From the IMG/VR virus record IMGVR_UViG_3300009151_000035, positions 83,554 to 147,553 of that record: a stretch of 64,000 nucleotides of DNA; one strand, written 5' to 3'. Origin of the DNA: a virus. This document shows positions 46,249 to 55,384 of this stretch, piece after piece. Each line of letters begins with the position of its first letter. Positions within the stretch are counted from its first letter, which is position 1. The position numbers and the translations under genes are program-made. A model generated the notes under the pieces. It ran no database searches, was not told the origin of the DNA, and saw only the letters and a list, made by a program, of their open reading frames with translations.

Positions 46249-46823
46249 GCGCAGACATTGACATCGATGTGCCGGACAGATCGGCTGTGTTGAAACTGAT
46301 TCAACACACTGCCGCACGGCAACTGCATCAAGGTCAAGTGCGTAGACACAATTCAGGTATCTATATCACAGACATTCCTCGAGACATACCCAACGGCTGT
46401 GCAGCCATAGACTATGAGTCAGCAGAACAGCGTGGATACTTCAAGATAGACCTGTTGAACATGAGTGTGTATCAGTTGATCCGTGATCCTGCACACTATG
46501 TAGAAATGCTGGCAGCCACGCCACCGTGGCAGAGACTGTGGACTGATATTGCTTGGGCTAGTCAGCTAGTGCATGTGGGAAATTACACAGACTTGATGGT
46601 GTCCATGCAGCCAGATTCTATTCCCAGAATGGCAGCATTTATTTCGGTTATTCGCCCTGGCAAAGCACACTTGCAGAATCGCCCCTGGGCTGACGTGTTT
46701 GCTGAAGTATGGAATGGGGATGATTCGCGTGGATACACATTCAAAAAGTCGCACAGTATAAGTTACGCTGCCTTGGTAGCATTACACATGAACTTGCTCA
46801 ATCAAGACGCCGCACAAGTGTGA
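46245..46823 (+). CDS. miniature DNA polymerase III alpha (family C) catalytic-core-like protein
   Basis: DIDID, HNSG, KIDLL, IRPG, GYTFKKSH..SY in DnaE order within 192 aa. Confidence 0.75.
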   Translation: MSADIDIDVPDRSAVLKLIQHTAARQLHQGQVRRHNSGIYITDIPRDIPNGCAAIDYESAEQRGYFKIDLLNMSVYQLIRDPAHYVEMLAATPPWQRLWTDIAWASQLVHVGNYTDLMVSMQPDSIPRMAAFISVIRPGKAHLQNRPWADVFAEVWNGDDSRGYTFKKSHSISYAALVALHMNLLNQDAAQV

Positions 46824-47175
46824 TTGATTTTCGTTTGGTTTTCTTGCGAGCGATGTCCATCAAACTGCAAGCTGGTCCGTGCAAAATTTCTAGGTCTTTG
46901 TTAGAAAAGGTGCGTAAGGTAGGACGAAACTTATCCCATTCACCACGCAAGAAGATGTTTATAGGTATACTACGATTGCTTTCCCACCACCAAGTGGCTG
47001 CTAATTCCAAATATTCTAGCTTGAGATCTTGTGTTAGTATAGCACCAAAATCATAGATGGTTGTGACAGCATCATCTCTATTTTGCACCACACCTACGTA
47101 TTCTTCGTTGGCATACACGCACAGAGTTATAAACGGATATTTCACCGCCAGCTTTTGAAAGATATCATTACCCAT
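46798..47175 (-). CDS. hypothetical protein
   Basis: YPF, EYVG, WWWESNR.IPIN.FL; 125 aa. Confidence 0.7.
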   Translation of the reverse strand: MGNDIFQKLAVKYPFITLCVYANEEYVGVVQNRDDAVTTIYDFGAILTQDLKLEYLELAATWWWESNRSIPINIFLRGEWDKFRPTLRTFSNKDLEILHGPACSLMDIARKKTKRKSITLVRRLD

Positions 47176-47195
47176 AAATATTGTTTGAGGATCCT

Positions 47196-48266
47196 ATGTA
47201 TTCAACCACCGTTTACTTATACCAGCAAATTACCAAAGTCTTGTTAGTTGACACCAGTGGTGGATATTTCACAGCGAGGTACGACCCAGTGTATGCAAAA
47301 CAATTAACCGTAAACAAAGGCGTAGACAATGTTCTACTGTTTGAATTTATCAATCAAGAGGAAAAGCCTGTAAACATTACAGGCAGCAGTTTTGTGTTTA
47401 GATTGATGAATCAAACCGGCGATCAATTGCTGGTTGAGAAGCCCATGGTCACACTCAGTGCCACGTTAGGCCGGGTAAAAGTGGTGTTAGACAATGCAGA
47501 CACCATTAACATCACAGCACAACCAGGCAGCTACAGCATACAGCGCACAGCAGGCGACTATGTGCAGGCTGCTTATGTAGATGCCAATTCGGGTGCCAGA
47601 GCAGATTGCAATATCGTGAATAGTGTGTTGCCTGCATTCGTGCCTAGTCCGATGTTAACTATTCCCACAATCTACGGCAAAGCACAACAACTGCAACCTG
47701 GTCCCACAAACTGGCCTGATTGGGCGTTAACACCACAGCCTGTAAATACCACACAACTTACAGAATTCTATTCAAGTCATATTCCGACCAGTGGGCAAAG
47801 TTTGACCACAGTTAAAATGGACTTGGATCACTATACCGGAACCATTAAGTTTCAAGCCGCGGACACCTATGAATCAGTTTGGTACGATGTAACTGAAAGT
47901 TTTGAATTCTTCAATGAAACTTCCACCCAGTATTTTAATATTGTGGGTTTTTACAATTTGATTCGAGCTGGATTCAACAATAGCCAAGGGTTTGGTGCAT
48001 CAGCTACAGCACAAGTCACCAACGGAGTGGTCACAGGTATCACTGTAAACAACTCTGGTCAAGGTTATGTGGCACCGCCTAAAGTTCAAATCTTAGGCAA
48101 TGGATCAGGTGCAGAAGCCATTGTGACCTCCGTTGGTAATGGACAGATTGGCGCAATTACTGTCACCAATGGCGGATCAGGTTACTTGCCAATCCAGTAC
48201 CAAGGCACCATTGCAGCAACAGTATTGATCACAACTGGTTATATCACCAACCTCCAATATCGTTGA
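47196..48266 (+). CDS. virion structural protein (baseplate/fibre-like)
   Basis: Late TAAATA and GAGG RBS; repeats ITV.N.G.GY...P.V. Confidence 0.65.
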   Translation: MYSTTVYLYQQITKVLLVDTSGGYFTARYDPVYAKQLTVNKGVDNVLLFEFINQEEKPVNITGSSFVFRLMNQTGDQLLVEKPMVTLSATLGRVKVVLDNADTINITAQPGSYSIQRTAGDYVQAAYVDANSGARADCNIVNSVLPAFVPSPMLTIPTIYGKAQQLQPGPTNWPDWALTPQPVNTTQLTEFYSSHIPTSGQSLTTVKMDLDHYTGTIKFQAADTYESVWYDVTESFEFFNETSTQYFNIVGFYNLIRAGFNNSQGFGASATAQVTNGVVTGITVNNSGQGYVAPPKVQILGNGSGAEAIVTSVGNGQIGAITVTNGGSGYLPIQYQGTIAATVLITTGYITNLQYR

Positions 48267-48291
48267 TTTAGTACAGCTAATCTGCTATACT
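48263..48291 (+). promoter_or_regulatory. sigma70 promoter, leaderless geometry
   Basis: TTGATT-17-TATACT with extended TG, ATG 6 nt downstream. Confidence 0.7.
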
Positions 48292-48297
48292 GTATAG

Positions 48298-49281
48298 ATG
48301 CTTGACATCCTTGCGTATCTACCTGCCAAAAGAAAACCCACACCATCAGGTTGGTCGAGTTTCAATGCGGTCTGCTGCCAGCACAATGGCAGCACTAAAG
48401 ACACAAGAGGACGTGGCGGACTCAAAGCCACAGAGGCAGGCTGGAGTTATCACTGTTTCAATTGTGCCTACACAGCCAGTTTTATCATGGGCAGGACTCT
48501 AAGTGTCAAAGCTCGTAGACTGCTGTCGTGGATGGGTGTGCCGGATAATGAGATTGAAATGCTCAATCTTGAAAGTCTGCGGCATCGTAGTATCCATGGC
48601 ATCCTGGAAGATCGACAACAGGCTTGGAATCAACTGAACGGCATCACATTTGAAGAACGAGACTTGCCACCATATGCTGAATTGCTAACACCAGGTCACA
48701 AGCAATACTGGGATTATGTGCGTGGTAGACGTGTGCCTGAAGATTTTCCCATGATGTTGCAGATAAAAAATGATGGCATTCATTGGACACGCCCGCATGT
48801 GGTTATACCATTCACCTACGATAACAAAATTGTAGGATACACTTGCAGGTTCTTAGACAACAAGCAACCCAAGTTCATTTCAGACAGTCAGCCAGGCTAT
48901 GTGTTTGGCACAGATTTACAACACAACAACTGGACCAACGTGATAGTTACAGAAGGCATATTTGATGCACTCAGCATTGGTGGTGTGGCTGTGATGCATA
49001 ATACCATAAGTGACGCACAAGCTAGATTGATACGTAACTTGAGTCGAGACATAACTGTGGTACCTGATCAAGACCTAGCAGGTGTAGAATTGATTGATCG
49101 TGCTGTTGAGTTGGGTTGGGCGGTAAGTATACCTGAGTGGCCGGAAGGCTGTAAAGATGTCAATGATGCTGTGATTGTGCTAGGGCGTATTGGCACATTA
49201 CTAACTATAATGGCAGCCAGAGAAACTAGCAAGATCAAGATAGAACTAAGGAAGAAACAACTTGTTAAAAAAATACAGTAA
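48298..49281 (+). CDS. DNA primase (gp61-like)
   Basis: Zn ribbon CC.H...HCFNC; TOPRIM EGIFDA, DQD..G, KDVND. Confidence 0.88.
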   Translation: MLDILAYLPAKRKPTPSGWSSFNAVCCQHNGSTKDTRGRGGLKATEAGWSYHCFNCAYTASFIMGRTLSVKARRLLSWMGVPDNEIEMLNLESLRHRSIHGILEDRQQAWNQLNGITFEERDLPPYAELLTPGHKQYWDYVRGRRVPEDFPMMLQIKNDGIHWTRPHVVIPFTYDNKIVGYTCRFLDNKQPKFISDSQPGYVFGTDLQHNNWTNVIVTEGIFDALSIGGVAVMHNTISDAQARLIRNLSRDITVVPDQDLAGVELIDRAVELGWAVSIPEWPEGCKDVNDAVIVLGRIGTLLTIMAARETSKIKIELRKKQLVKKIQ

Positions 49282-50068
49282 ACTCTGGGTATTTGGTGAC
49301 AGCTATACCGCTCCATTCTTCCACGTTAAACCTGCAGATAGTTTCTGGGGCCTGGCTGCTCAAGCACTAGAGGCAAACACAGTAATGAATTGCTCACGCA
49401 TAGGAAATAGTTTTGCATCTGTTCAACAGCTATTGATAGGAATGTCTGAAGAAATTGACTGGTATAATGACATGATATTTGTAGGCATTCCGCCGTTGGA
49501 GCGTATTACTGTTTTTGATGAGGATGTAGACACGCTATACCAGGGACACAATTTCAATACCAGCACCTGGCAAGTTGACCCATTTGAGATTCCTGAACAT
49601 CGTGGACTGGTTAGCATGCAAAATTTTGGTGGCGACCGAGAATTGATCCTGCACAGCAATCGCAGATGGATTGAAACAGAAGCACTGCGTCAAATTTTTT
49701 TACTAACACAATGGCTAGATAGCTTCAACGCTAATTACATGATCATAAATCTCAGTAGAAATTTTGACCACGTTGACGATTGGGAGCCTGGCCGAGTAGT
49801 TTCGACCTATTGCAAAGAGCACAAAAAATGCATTGTGTTTGACAAAACCTATTACAACATAAACATTGGAGTGAACCGCCCAGCAGACTCTGACGCACCA
49901 GGAGGGCATCACGGACCAGAAGGCAATCGCTATTTTTTCAAAAAATCGTTGTTACCAAAACTTCAACAATGTTACACACAGCGCACTCAACCACCAACAC
50001 CCGCTGAAGCATTAGATACACTTACTGCATACTTGGAATTTATTCATGCTAAAAGATTACGGACTTGA
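49262..50068 (+). CDS. SGNH-like protein
   Basis: VFGDSYT, N.S..GNS, GHHGPEG; TTG start. Confidence 0.6.
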   Translation: MLKKYSKLWVFGDSYTAPFFHVKPADSFWGLAAQALEANTVMNCSRIGNSFASVQQLLIGMSEEIDWYNDMIFVGIPPLERITVFDEDVDTLYQGHNFNTSTWQVDPFEIPEHRGLVSMQNFGGDRELILHSNRRWIETEALRQIFLLTQWLDSFNANYMIINLSRNFDHVDDWEPGRVVSTYCKEHKKCIVFDKTYYNINIGVNRPADSDAPGGHHGPEGNRYFFKKSLLPKLQQCYTQRTQPPTPAEALDTLTAYLEFIHAKRLRT

Positions 50069-51494
50069 TGTCCAACGCCTATTTCTAGAAATGATGTTGG
50101 AGGACGCACAGAGTTATGTGCGTGTTCAAAACATCTACAACCCGCAGAACTTTGACAAGAGTTTGAGACCTGCGGCTGAGTTTATCAAAGAACACTCAGA
50201 CAACCATAAGACCTTACCAGACCGCATGCAAATTTCAGCCACCACAGGCGTTAAATTGGCAGCCGTACCGGACTTGAATGAAGGACACTTTGACTGGTTC
50301 ATGGGCGAGTTTGAAGCATTTACTCGACGCCAGGAACTAGAGCGAGCTATTTTAAAAGCCGCAGACCTGCTTGAAAAAGGCGAATATGATCCGGTTGAAA
50401 AACTCATCAAAGATGCAGTGCAAATATCGCTTACCAAAGACATGGGCACAGATTACTTTGCTGATCCCAAGAGTCGCATTGAGAAATACTTCAACTCAGG
50501 CGGACAAGTAAGCACAGGTTGGCCGCAACTGGATCGACTGCTGTATGGCGGATTCAGTCGTGGTGAACTCAATATCTTTGCCGGGGGATCAGGATCAGGC
50601 AAATCACTTGTGATGATGAACATTGCTCTAAACTGGCTACAGCAAGGACTAAGTGGTGTATACATCACGCTAGAACTTTCAGAAGAACTTACTAGCTTGC
50701 GAACTGATGCTATGTTGACCAACATGAGCACCAAGGACATTCGCAAGGACATTGATACTACAGAACTCAAGGTCAAACTGGTGGCCAAGAAGTCAGGTAA
50801 CTATCAAGTAAAAGGCTTGCCTGCACAAAGCAACATCAATGACATTCGTGCTTATTTAAAAGAGTATCAAATTCAAACAGGCAAGCGAGTAGACTTTGTA
50901 ATGATTGACTACTTGGACTTGCTGATGCCTGTGAGTGCCAAAGTCTCGCCCAATGACTTGTTTGTAAAGGACAAGTATGTGAGTGAAGAACTGCGCAACT
51001 TGGCCAAAGAGCTGGGTATCTTGATGGTAACAGCATCGCAGTTGAATCGATCAGCGGTGGAAGAAATTGAATTTGATCACAGCCATATATCAGGTGGTAT
51101 TTCAAAGATTAACACAGCAGATAATGTGTTTGGTATTTTTACAAGTCGTGCAATGAAAGAGCGTGGCAAGTATCAGATCCAGTGTATGAAGTCTCGAAGC
51201 TCGACCGGCGTTGGTCAAAAGATTGATTTGGAGTACAACATTGAAACCATGCGCATTACTGATGAAGGCGGGGATGATAACGAAAACGGGTTTAGCAAAA
51301 AGCCCAGCTCAAGTATCATGGACTCGATCAAAGCAAAAAGCCAAGTTAGTGCAGCCGCCGCAGATGATGCCAAGGCTCCACCTTGGGACCGACCACAGGC
51401 CCGAGAAGGTTTTGACATAGAAACACCCAAGGTCACAGCAGATGTACAGAGCGCTAAACTCAAACAGTTATTAGGCAAGATCAAGACATCATGA
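50046..51494 (+). CDS. replicative helicase (gp41/DnaB family)
   Basis: STGW..LD, GGSGSGKS, TLELSE, IDYLDL, TASQLNR, KSR. Confidence 0.93.
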   Translation: MLKDYGLDVQRLFLEMMLEDAQSYVRVQNIYNPQNFDKSLRPAAEFIKEHSDNHKTLPDRMQISATTGVKLAAVPDLNEGHFDWFMGEFEAFTRRQELERAILKAADLLEKGEYDPVEKLIKDAVQISLTKDMGTDYFADPKSRIEKYFNSGGQVSTGWPQLDRLLYGGFSRGELNIFAGGSGSGKSLVMMNIALNWLQQGLSGVYITLELSEELTSLRTDAMLTNMSTKDIRKDIDTTELKVKLVAKKSGNYQVKGLPAQSNINDIRAYLKEYQIQTGKRVDFVMIDYLDLLMPVSAKVSPNDLFVKDKYVSEELRNLAKELGILMVTASQLNRSAVEEIEFDHSHISGGISKINTADNVFGIFTSRAMKERGKYQIQCMKSRSSTGVGQKIDLEYNIETMRITDEGGDDNENGFSKKPSSSIMDSIKAKSQVSAAAADDAKAPPWDRPQAREGFDIETPKVTADVQSAKLKQLLGKIKTS

Positions 51495-52594
51495 GCAAAT
51501 ATTGCCCTAGGATACATCATGGATTAATGCTGGCCGAAATTAACAGACAATCACTATCATACTCGGTGTGTTGTTGGGCCGACCAGTTAATTCGTACATC
51601 AGATCAAGTTAATTTTTTTCATCCAAACTTAGCTCAACTGCGTGTTGAAAATCAACAAGATACTTTACCAAAATCTTTCTGTGCTAAGTGTATTGTACAG
51701 GAAAATTCAAACAAAAAAAGCATGCGATTGGGTTACCTCGAAACGCATGGCAAAGAAACATACGATTCAAGCATTCAGTATCTCGACGTCAATATTGACT
51801 ATACATGCAATTTGGCTTGTGTAACGTGCGGTCCAGAGTTAAGCACTACCTGGAGGAACGAACTTGGGATAAAAGGCATTGACGTTAGACCCAATATAGA
51901 CAATTTTATAAAAACAAAACTACACACACTTGACCTTTCCCGCTTGCGAGAAATTCGCATGTGGGGCGGCGAGCCATTTTTAACACTAACTCACAAACAA
52001 ATATTACAACATTTAATTGAGCATGTAGATGTGAGTCAAATTACATTGATGTATAATACCAATGGCACGCAACGCATTGATCAATCAACCAAGGAACTTA
52101 TTGAAAAATTTAAATTTGCTCGAATAAGTTTTAGCATTGATGGCATAGGCAATCAATTTGAATATTTGCGGTATCCAGCCAAGTGGAATGAAGTTGAAGA
52201 AAATTTGTTTTGGTGGCAAAAAAACTTGCCTCACAATAGTATGTTATCGTTGACTGTAACTGCTAGTATTTTGAATATTTTGAGACTTGACGATGTGTGC
52301 AATTGGCACAAACAACACTTTTCAAAATCTGTATTTGGTGATGACATTGAAATATACATACATCAAGCATTTGGTATATACGGCTTAGAATCCATGCCTG
52401 ACGCCATGATTGAGTATTTAATATCCAAACTTGACTATTGTCAGCCTTGGATACAACAATTGAAAATTTTAGGAACACAAAAATATAACTTGAAAAAAGT
52501 CCTAGAACAATTACAAAAGAATGATCATCGCCGAAACTTAAATATGGCGGCGGTCTTTCCAGAAGTTGCTGCCTTTATAAATTATCAAAAATAA
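51491..52594 (+). CDS. radical SAM protein with N-terminal auxiliary Cys domain
   Basis: CNLACVTC, WGGEP; YCPRI.H...VCC...CAKC. Confidence 0.9.
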   Translation: MSKYCPRIHHGLMLAEINRQSLSYSVCCWADQLIRTSDQVNFFHPNLAQLRVENQQDTLPKSFCAKCIVQENSNKKSMRLGYLETHGKETYDSSIQYLDVNIDYTCNLACVTCGPELSTTWRNELGIKGIDVRPNIDNFIKTKLHTLDLSRLREIRMWGGEPFLTLTHKQILQHLIEHVDVSQITLMYNTNGTQRIDQSTKELIEKFKFARISFSIDGIGNQFEYLRYPAKWNEVEENLFWWQKNLPHNSMLSLTVTASILNILRLDDVCNWHKQHFSKSVFGDDIEIYIHQAFGIYGLESMPDAMIEYLISKLDYCQPWIQQLKILGTQKYNLKKVLEQLQKNDHRRNLNMAAVFPEVAAFINYQK

Positions 52595-53618
52595 ATGCTG
52601 CTATCTCGGGCATGTGGTCTCTAATGTCTGTTTTTTTCGCTTGGTCTTGTTTGGCAATTTGCTGAGCCAGCGTGTGTAATGCAATCTCTGTTCCTGTTAG
52701 ATTGCAATACTCAGTGATAAAATTGTTGTGTTGTTTTAAATGTTGTTTCAATACAACCGGCATATTTCTCAGTGACAGCCAAATTGGACCAGAAACCACA
52801 TTGTGATTGTATGCTAGATTATTTTGTTGAAACCACTTGACAGTTTTGTTGTAATACATGGCGTTCAATGAACTAATTGTGTAACTTACACTGATATTTT
52901 TTGTTATGGATTTATACTGCTCAATGTTTTCTAATAGATCTAGCCATTTCCCGGGCCATCTCATGTATTCAAACACACTGCCAACGCCGTCAATACTGAT
53001 GCAAATGTTAAGATCACTGAATTGCATCAACAGGTCAATTTGTTGCGCTTTTAGATTGATACTTCCATTGGTTACAAGCGATATAAAACAGTCAGTATTG
53101 TTGTGGTCAATTAATTTTTGCAAGATTTCGAAAGTTTTTGGGTCAAACAACGGCTCGCCGCCCAATAAGGAAATTCGTTTGGCTGAATGGTAGTTGATAT
53201 TTGCAGGGTCCAGATCAATTTGATATTGGGGACTAGGAAGTAAATTCATACGTTTTTCAACTTGTGCCCATTTAGTTGAAAATTTGCTATCACAACTTAC
53301 ACATGCCTGATTGCATAGATTACTAGTGGTTATTTGGTAAAGTATAGTTTGGTGATTTGAATCTGCACAATCTTGCTGAATTTTATCTAAATCTCTATCT
53401 AACTTATAATCCAAAAACTCATTCTCAAATTGACGACGACTTTTGTTCCCTGTAGATTCTACATCCCAGCATTTTTTGCAAGCCACAGTTTGAACGTTAT
53501 CGAGCAAATCTTGTTTTATTTGATCAATATTGTATTTTTGTGGCAACAAACAACATGGAGTATTCCAAAGTCCTAATTCTTGACTGTACCAAGGTAATAC
53601 GCAAAAGCAGTTGTTCAT
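52575..53618 (-). CDS. radical SAM protein with N-terminal auxiliary Cys domain
   Basis: CNQACVSC, LGGEP; FCVLPW...PCC...CKKC; start moved to ATG 53618, 4 nt after TAAATA. Confidence 0.9.
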   Translation of the reverse strand: MNNCFCVLPWYSQELGLWNTPCCLLPQKYNIDQIKQDLLDNVQTVACKKCWDVESTGNKSRRQFENEFLDYKLDRDLDKIQQDCADSNHQTILYQITTSNLCNQACVSCDSKFSTKWAQVEKRMNLLPSPQYQIDLDPANINYHSAKRISLLGGEPLFDPKTFEILQKLIDHNNTDCFISLVTNGSINLKAQQIDLLMQFSDLNICISIDGVGSVFEYMRWPGKWLDLLENIEQYKSITKNISVSYTISSLNAMYYNKTVKWFQQNNLAYNHNVVSGPIWLSLRNMPVVLKQHLKQHNNFITEYCNLTGTEIALHTLAQQIAKQDQAKKTDIRDHMPEIAAFIFDNL

Positions 53619-53682
53619 TGGGTATTTAATTACCAACTTCAATGTGAAAATATTAATAAATAATCCAAAGGCCCTTGAGCAG

Positions 53683-53931
53683 ATGCAAAAACGCACCCGC
53701 AGTTTACTAGAAGAATTAGACGATCTGTACATCGAGCGTGATCGCCGCCTGTTGATTGAAAATCGTGCGGCCACTCTTATTGCTAATGCTATTAGATTGC
53801 TAGAACAAATTGATACAGAGTTTCCAGCTGATCAGGCTGAAAATTTGCAGCGCAAATTGCTTAACGCTATTCGTACAAGAGACTCGGGTAAATTTGCCAG
53901 ATCAGTGAGAAGAACAAATGCAGATACATGA
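53683..53931 (+). CDS. small helical hypothetical protein
   Basis: MQKRTRSLLEEL; TAAATA at 53657. Confidence 0.65.
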   Translation: MQKRTRSLLEELDDLYIERDRRLLIENRAATLIANAIRLLEQIDTEFPADQAENLQRKLLNAIRTRDSGKFARSVRRTNADT

Positions 53932-55384
53932 AATCACACGCCGCAATATAAACGAAGGCCCACTCAAGAATGTGGCAACTGATCCTGTGAACTTTGGTAG
54001 AACCACAGTGGCCATGCCACAACAGACTGTGGCCCCAAGCAAAGTGACATTTGCACCAAACATGATGCCCAAGGCGGCGGCACCAGGCACAAATCTTGCT
54101 GTAGCACCACAAACAACTGCGGTAGCAAAAGCACCGGGTACTAATCTTGCAACAATTCCCACTGGTGGCGCAGCAACTGCACCACCCAAAACTGGTCAAG
54201 TAGCACCTGCTACCAGCAGATCAAATCAATCTGATCCTAATGTGATTGATGTTGATGCCAAAGATATCACCAATAGACAAGCACTGCCGGCACCTGCAGG
54301 AAACTATGATATCAACACTGGTATGCCAATATCCGATAAAGGCCGAGCAGCCGTGGCTCGTCAGGCAGCATTTGATGCCAGTCCAAAAGGTAAGGCATTA
54401 CAAGCAAAAATTAATCAATGGGATGCTGAAGATGCAGCCGCAAAACAACCAGCGGCTACACCAGCAACAGCACCAGCGGCTGTTACGAAGCCTTGGACTC
54501 CATCTAACCTCAATGTAAAACCAGGTGGTAGTAAAGAAGCTCAGGCTTTTCAAGCACAACAGGCTGGACAACAGGCTGCACAAAAGCCTGCGGCAGGAGC
54601 AACGCAACCAACCGATAACTGGAAAACAATAAAAGGTGCCCGAGCACCTGCCCCAGCTGCGCCAGGTAAAGCAGGATTCATGCGCAATGCCGCAGAGTAC
54701 TTTGCCAACAAAACAATGAATGCTGCTGGCATTCCTTTAGACCAGCAAGGTGGAACCACAGGCTGGCATCCTGGCGGCCACATGGCTACTAGATTGGGAC
54801 AAGGTACTACAGCTATTAACCAACAAGAAGCTGCGATTGCTTCACAACTCAGTCGTGAATGGCTAAATCAAAAAACTTTGAATCAGAAACCTTCTAATCT
54901 TGCACCGAATGAAATTAAAGCTGCCGCTGATTTGATCAATCAAGCAGGATCAAATTTACAAATTAATACTGACAACATTGTAAAACTGGTAAAGAAAACA
55001 GTCAATGACCGGCAGGCTACGCAACAGGCTGCGCAACAGCAGGCAAAAAACAATTACCGTAACGCATTGAACATGAAAAAGAATCTCGAACAAGATCCTG
55101 CTGCAGATGAAGCAGAAAAACAACGCATGGCAGATCTTGTTAAACAAACTACAGAACAAATGAAACTTGCAGGACTTGGTAACGAAATAGCGGCAGTAGC
55201 TGCATCTATTTTACGCACTCAAGACTCACAGGTATTACCAACACAAACATCTGCTACTACCAACACATCGTTGCCTACTGTTAACCCGTATGTTAAGAAA
55301 GTAACCGAATCTTTGATCTGGAGCAAGAACTTTGATCCCAGCAAACAGCTATATCGTCGAATGAAACAAGGACAAACTCAATGA
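53918..55384 (+). CDS. Ala/Pro/Gln-rich putative internal virion protein
   Basis: MQIHEI...INE start; low complexity. Confidence 0.55.
   Translation: MQIHEITRRNINEGPLKNVATDPVNFGRTTVAMPQQTVAPSKVTFAPNMMPKAAAPGTNLAVAPQTTAVAKAPGTNLATIPTGGAATAPPKTGQVAPATSRSNQSDPNVIDVDAKDITNRQALPAPAGNYDINTGMPISDKGRAAVARQAAFDASPKGKALQAKINQWDAEDAAAKQPAATPATAPAAVTKPWTPSNLNVKPGGSKEAQAFQAQQAGQQAAQKPAAGATQPTDNWKTIKGARAPAPAAPGKAGFMRNAAEYFANKTMNAAGIPLDQQGGTTGWHPGGHMATRLGQGTTAINQQEAAIASQLSREWLNQKTLNQKPSNLAPNEIKAAADLINQAGSNLQINTDNIVKLVKKTVNDRQATQQAAQQQAKNNYRNALNMKKNLEQDPAADEAEKQRMADLVKQTTEQMKLAGLGNEIAAVAASILRTQDSQVLPTQTSATTNTSLPTVNPYVKKVTESLIWSKNFDPSKQLYRRMKQGQTQ

Noticed and set aside
17471-51494. Inteins or introns in terL, uvsX, uvsW, primase, helicase
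   Set aside because: Lengths are normal and motifs continuous; no C...HN splice signature
13900-53618. Radical SAM genes as a RiPP (SPASM peptide) cluster or as NrdG/QueE
   Set aside because: No adjacent precursor peptide, RRE or transporter recognised, and no nrdD or que genes in the window; a peptide or protein substrate is not fully excluded
53619-53774. N-terminal extension of the minus-strand radical SAM ORF (399 aa call)
   Set aside because: Overlaps the + gene at 53683; the paralog-like start MNNCFC follows TAAATA at 53618
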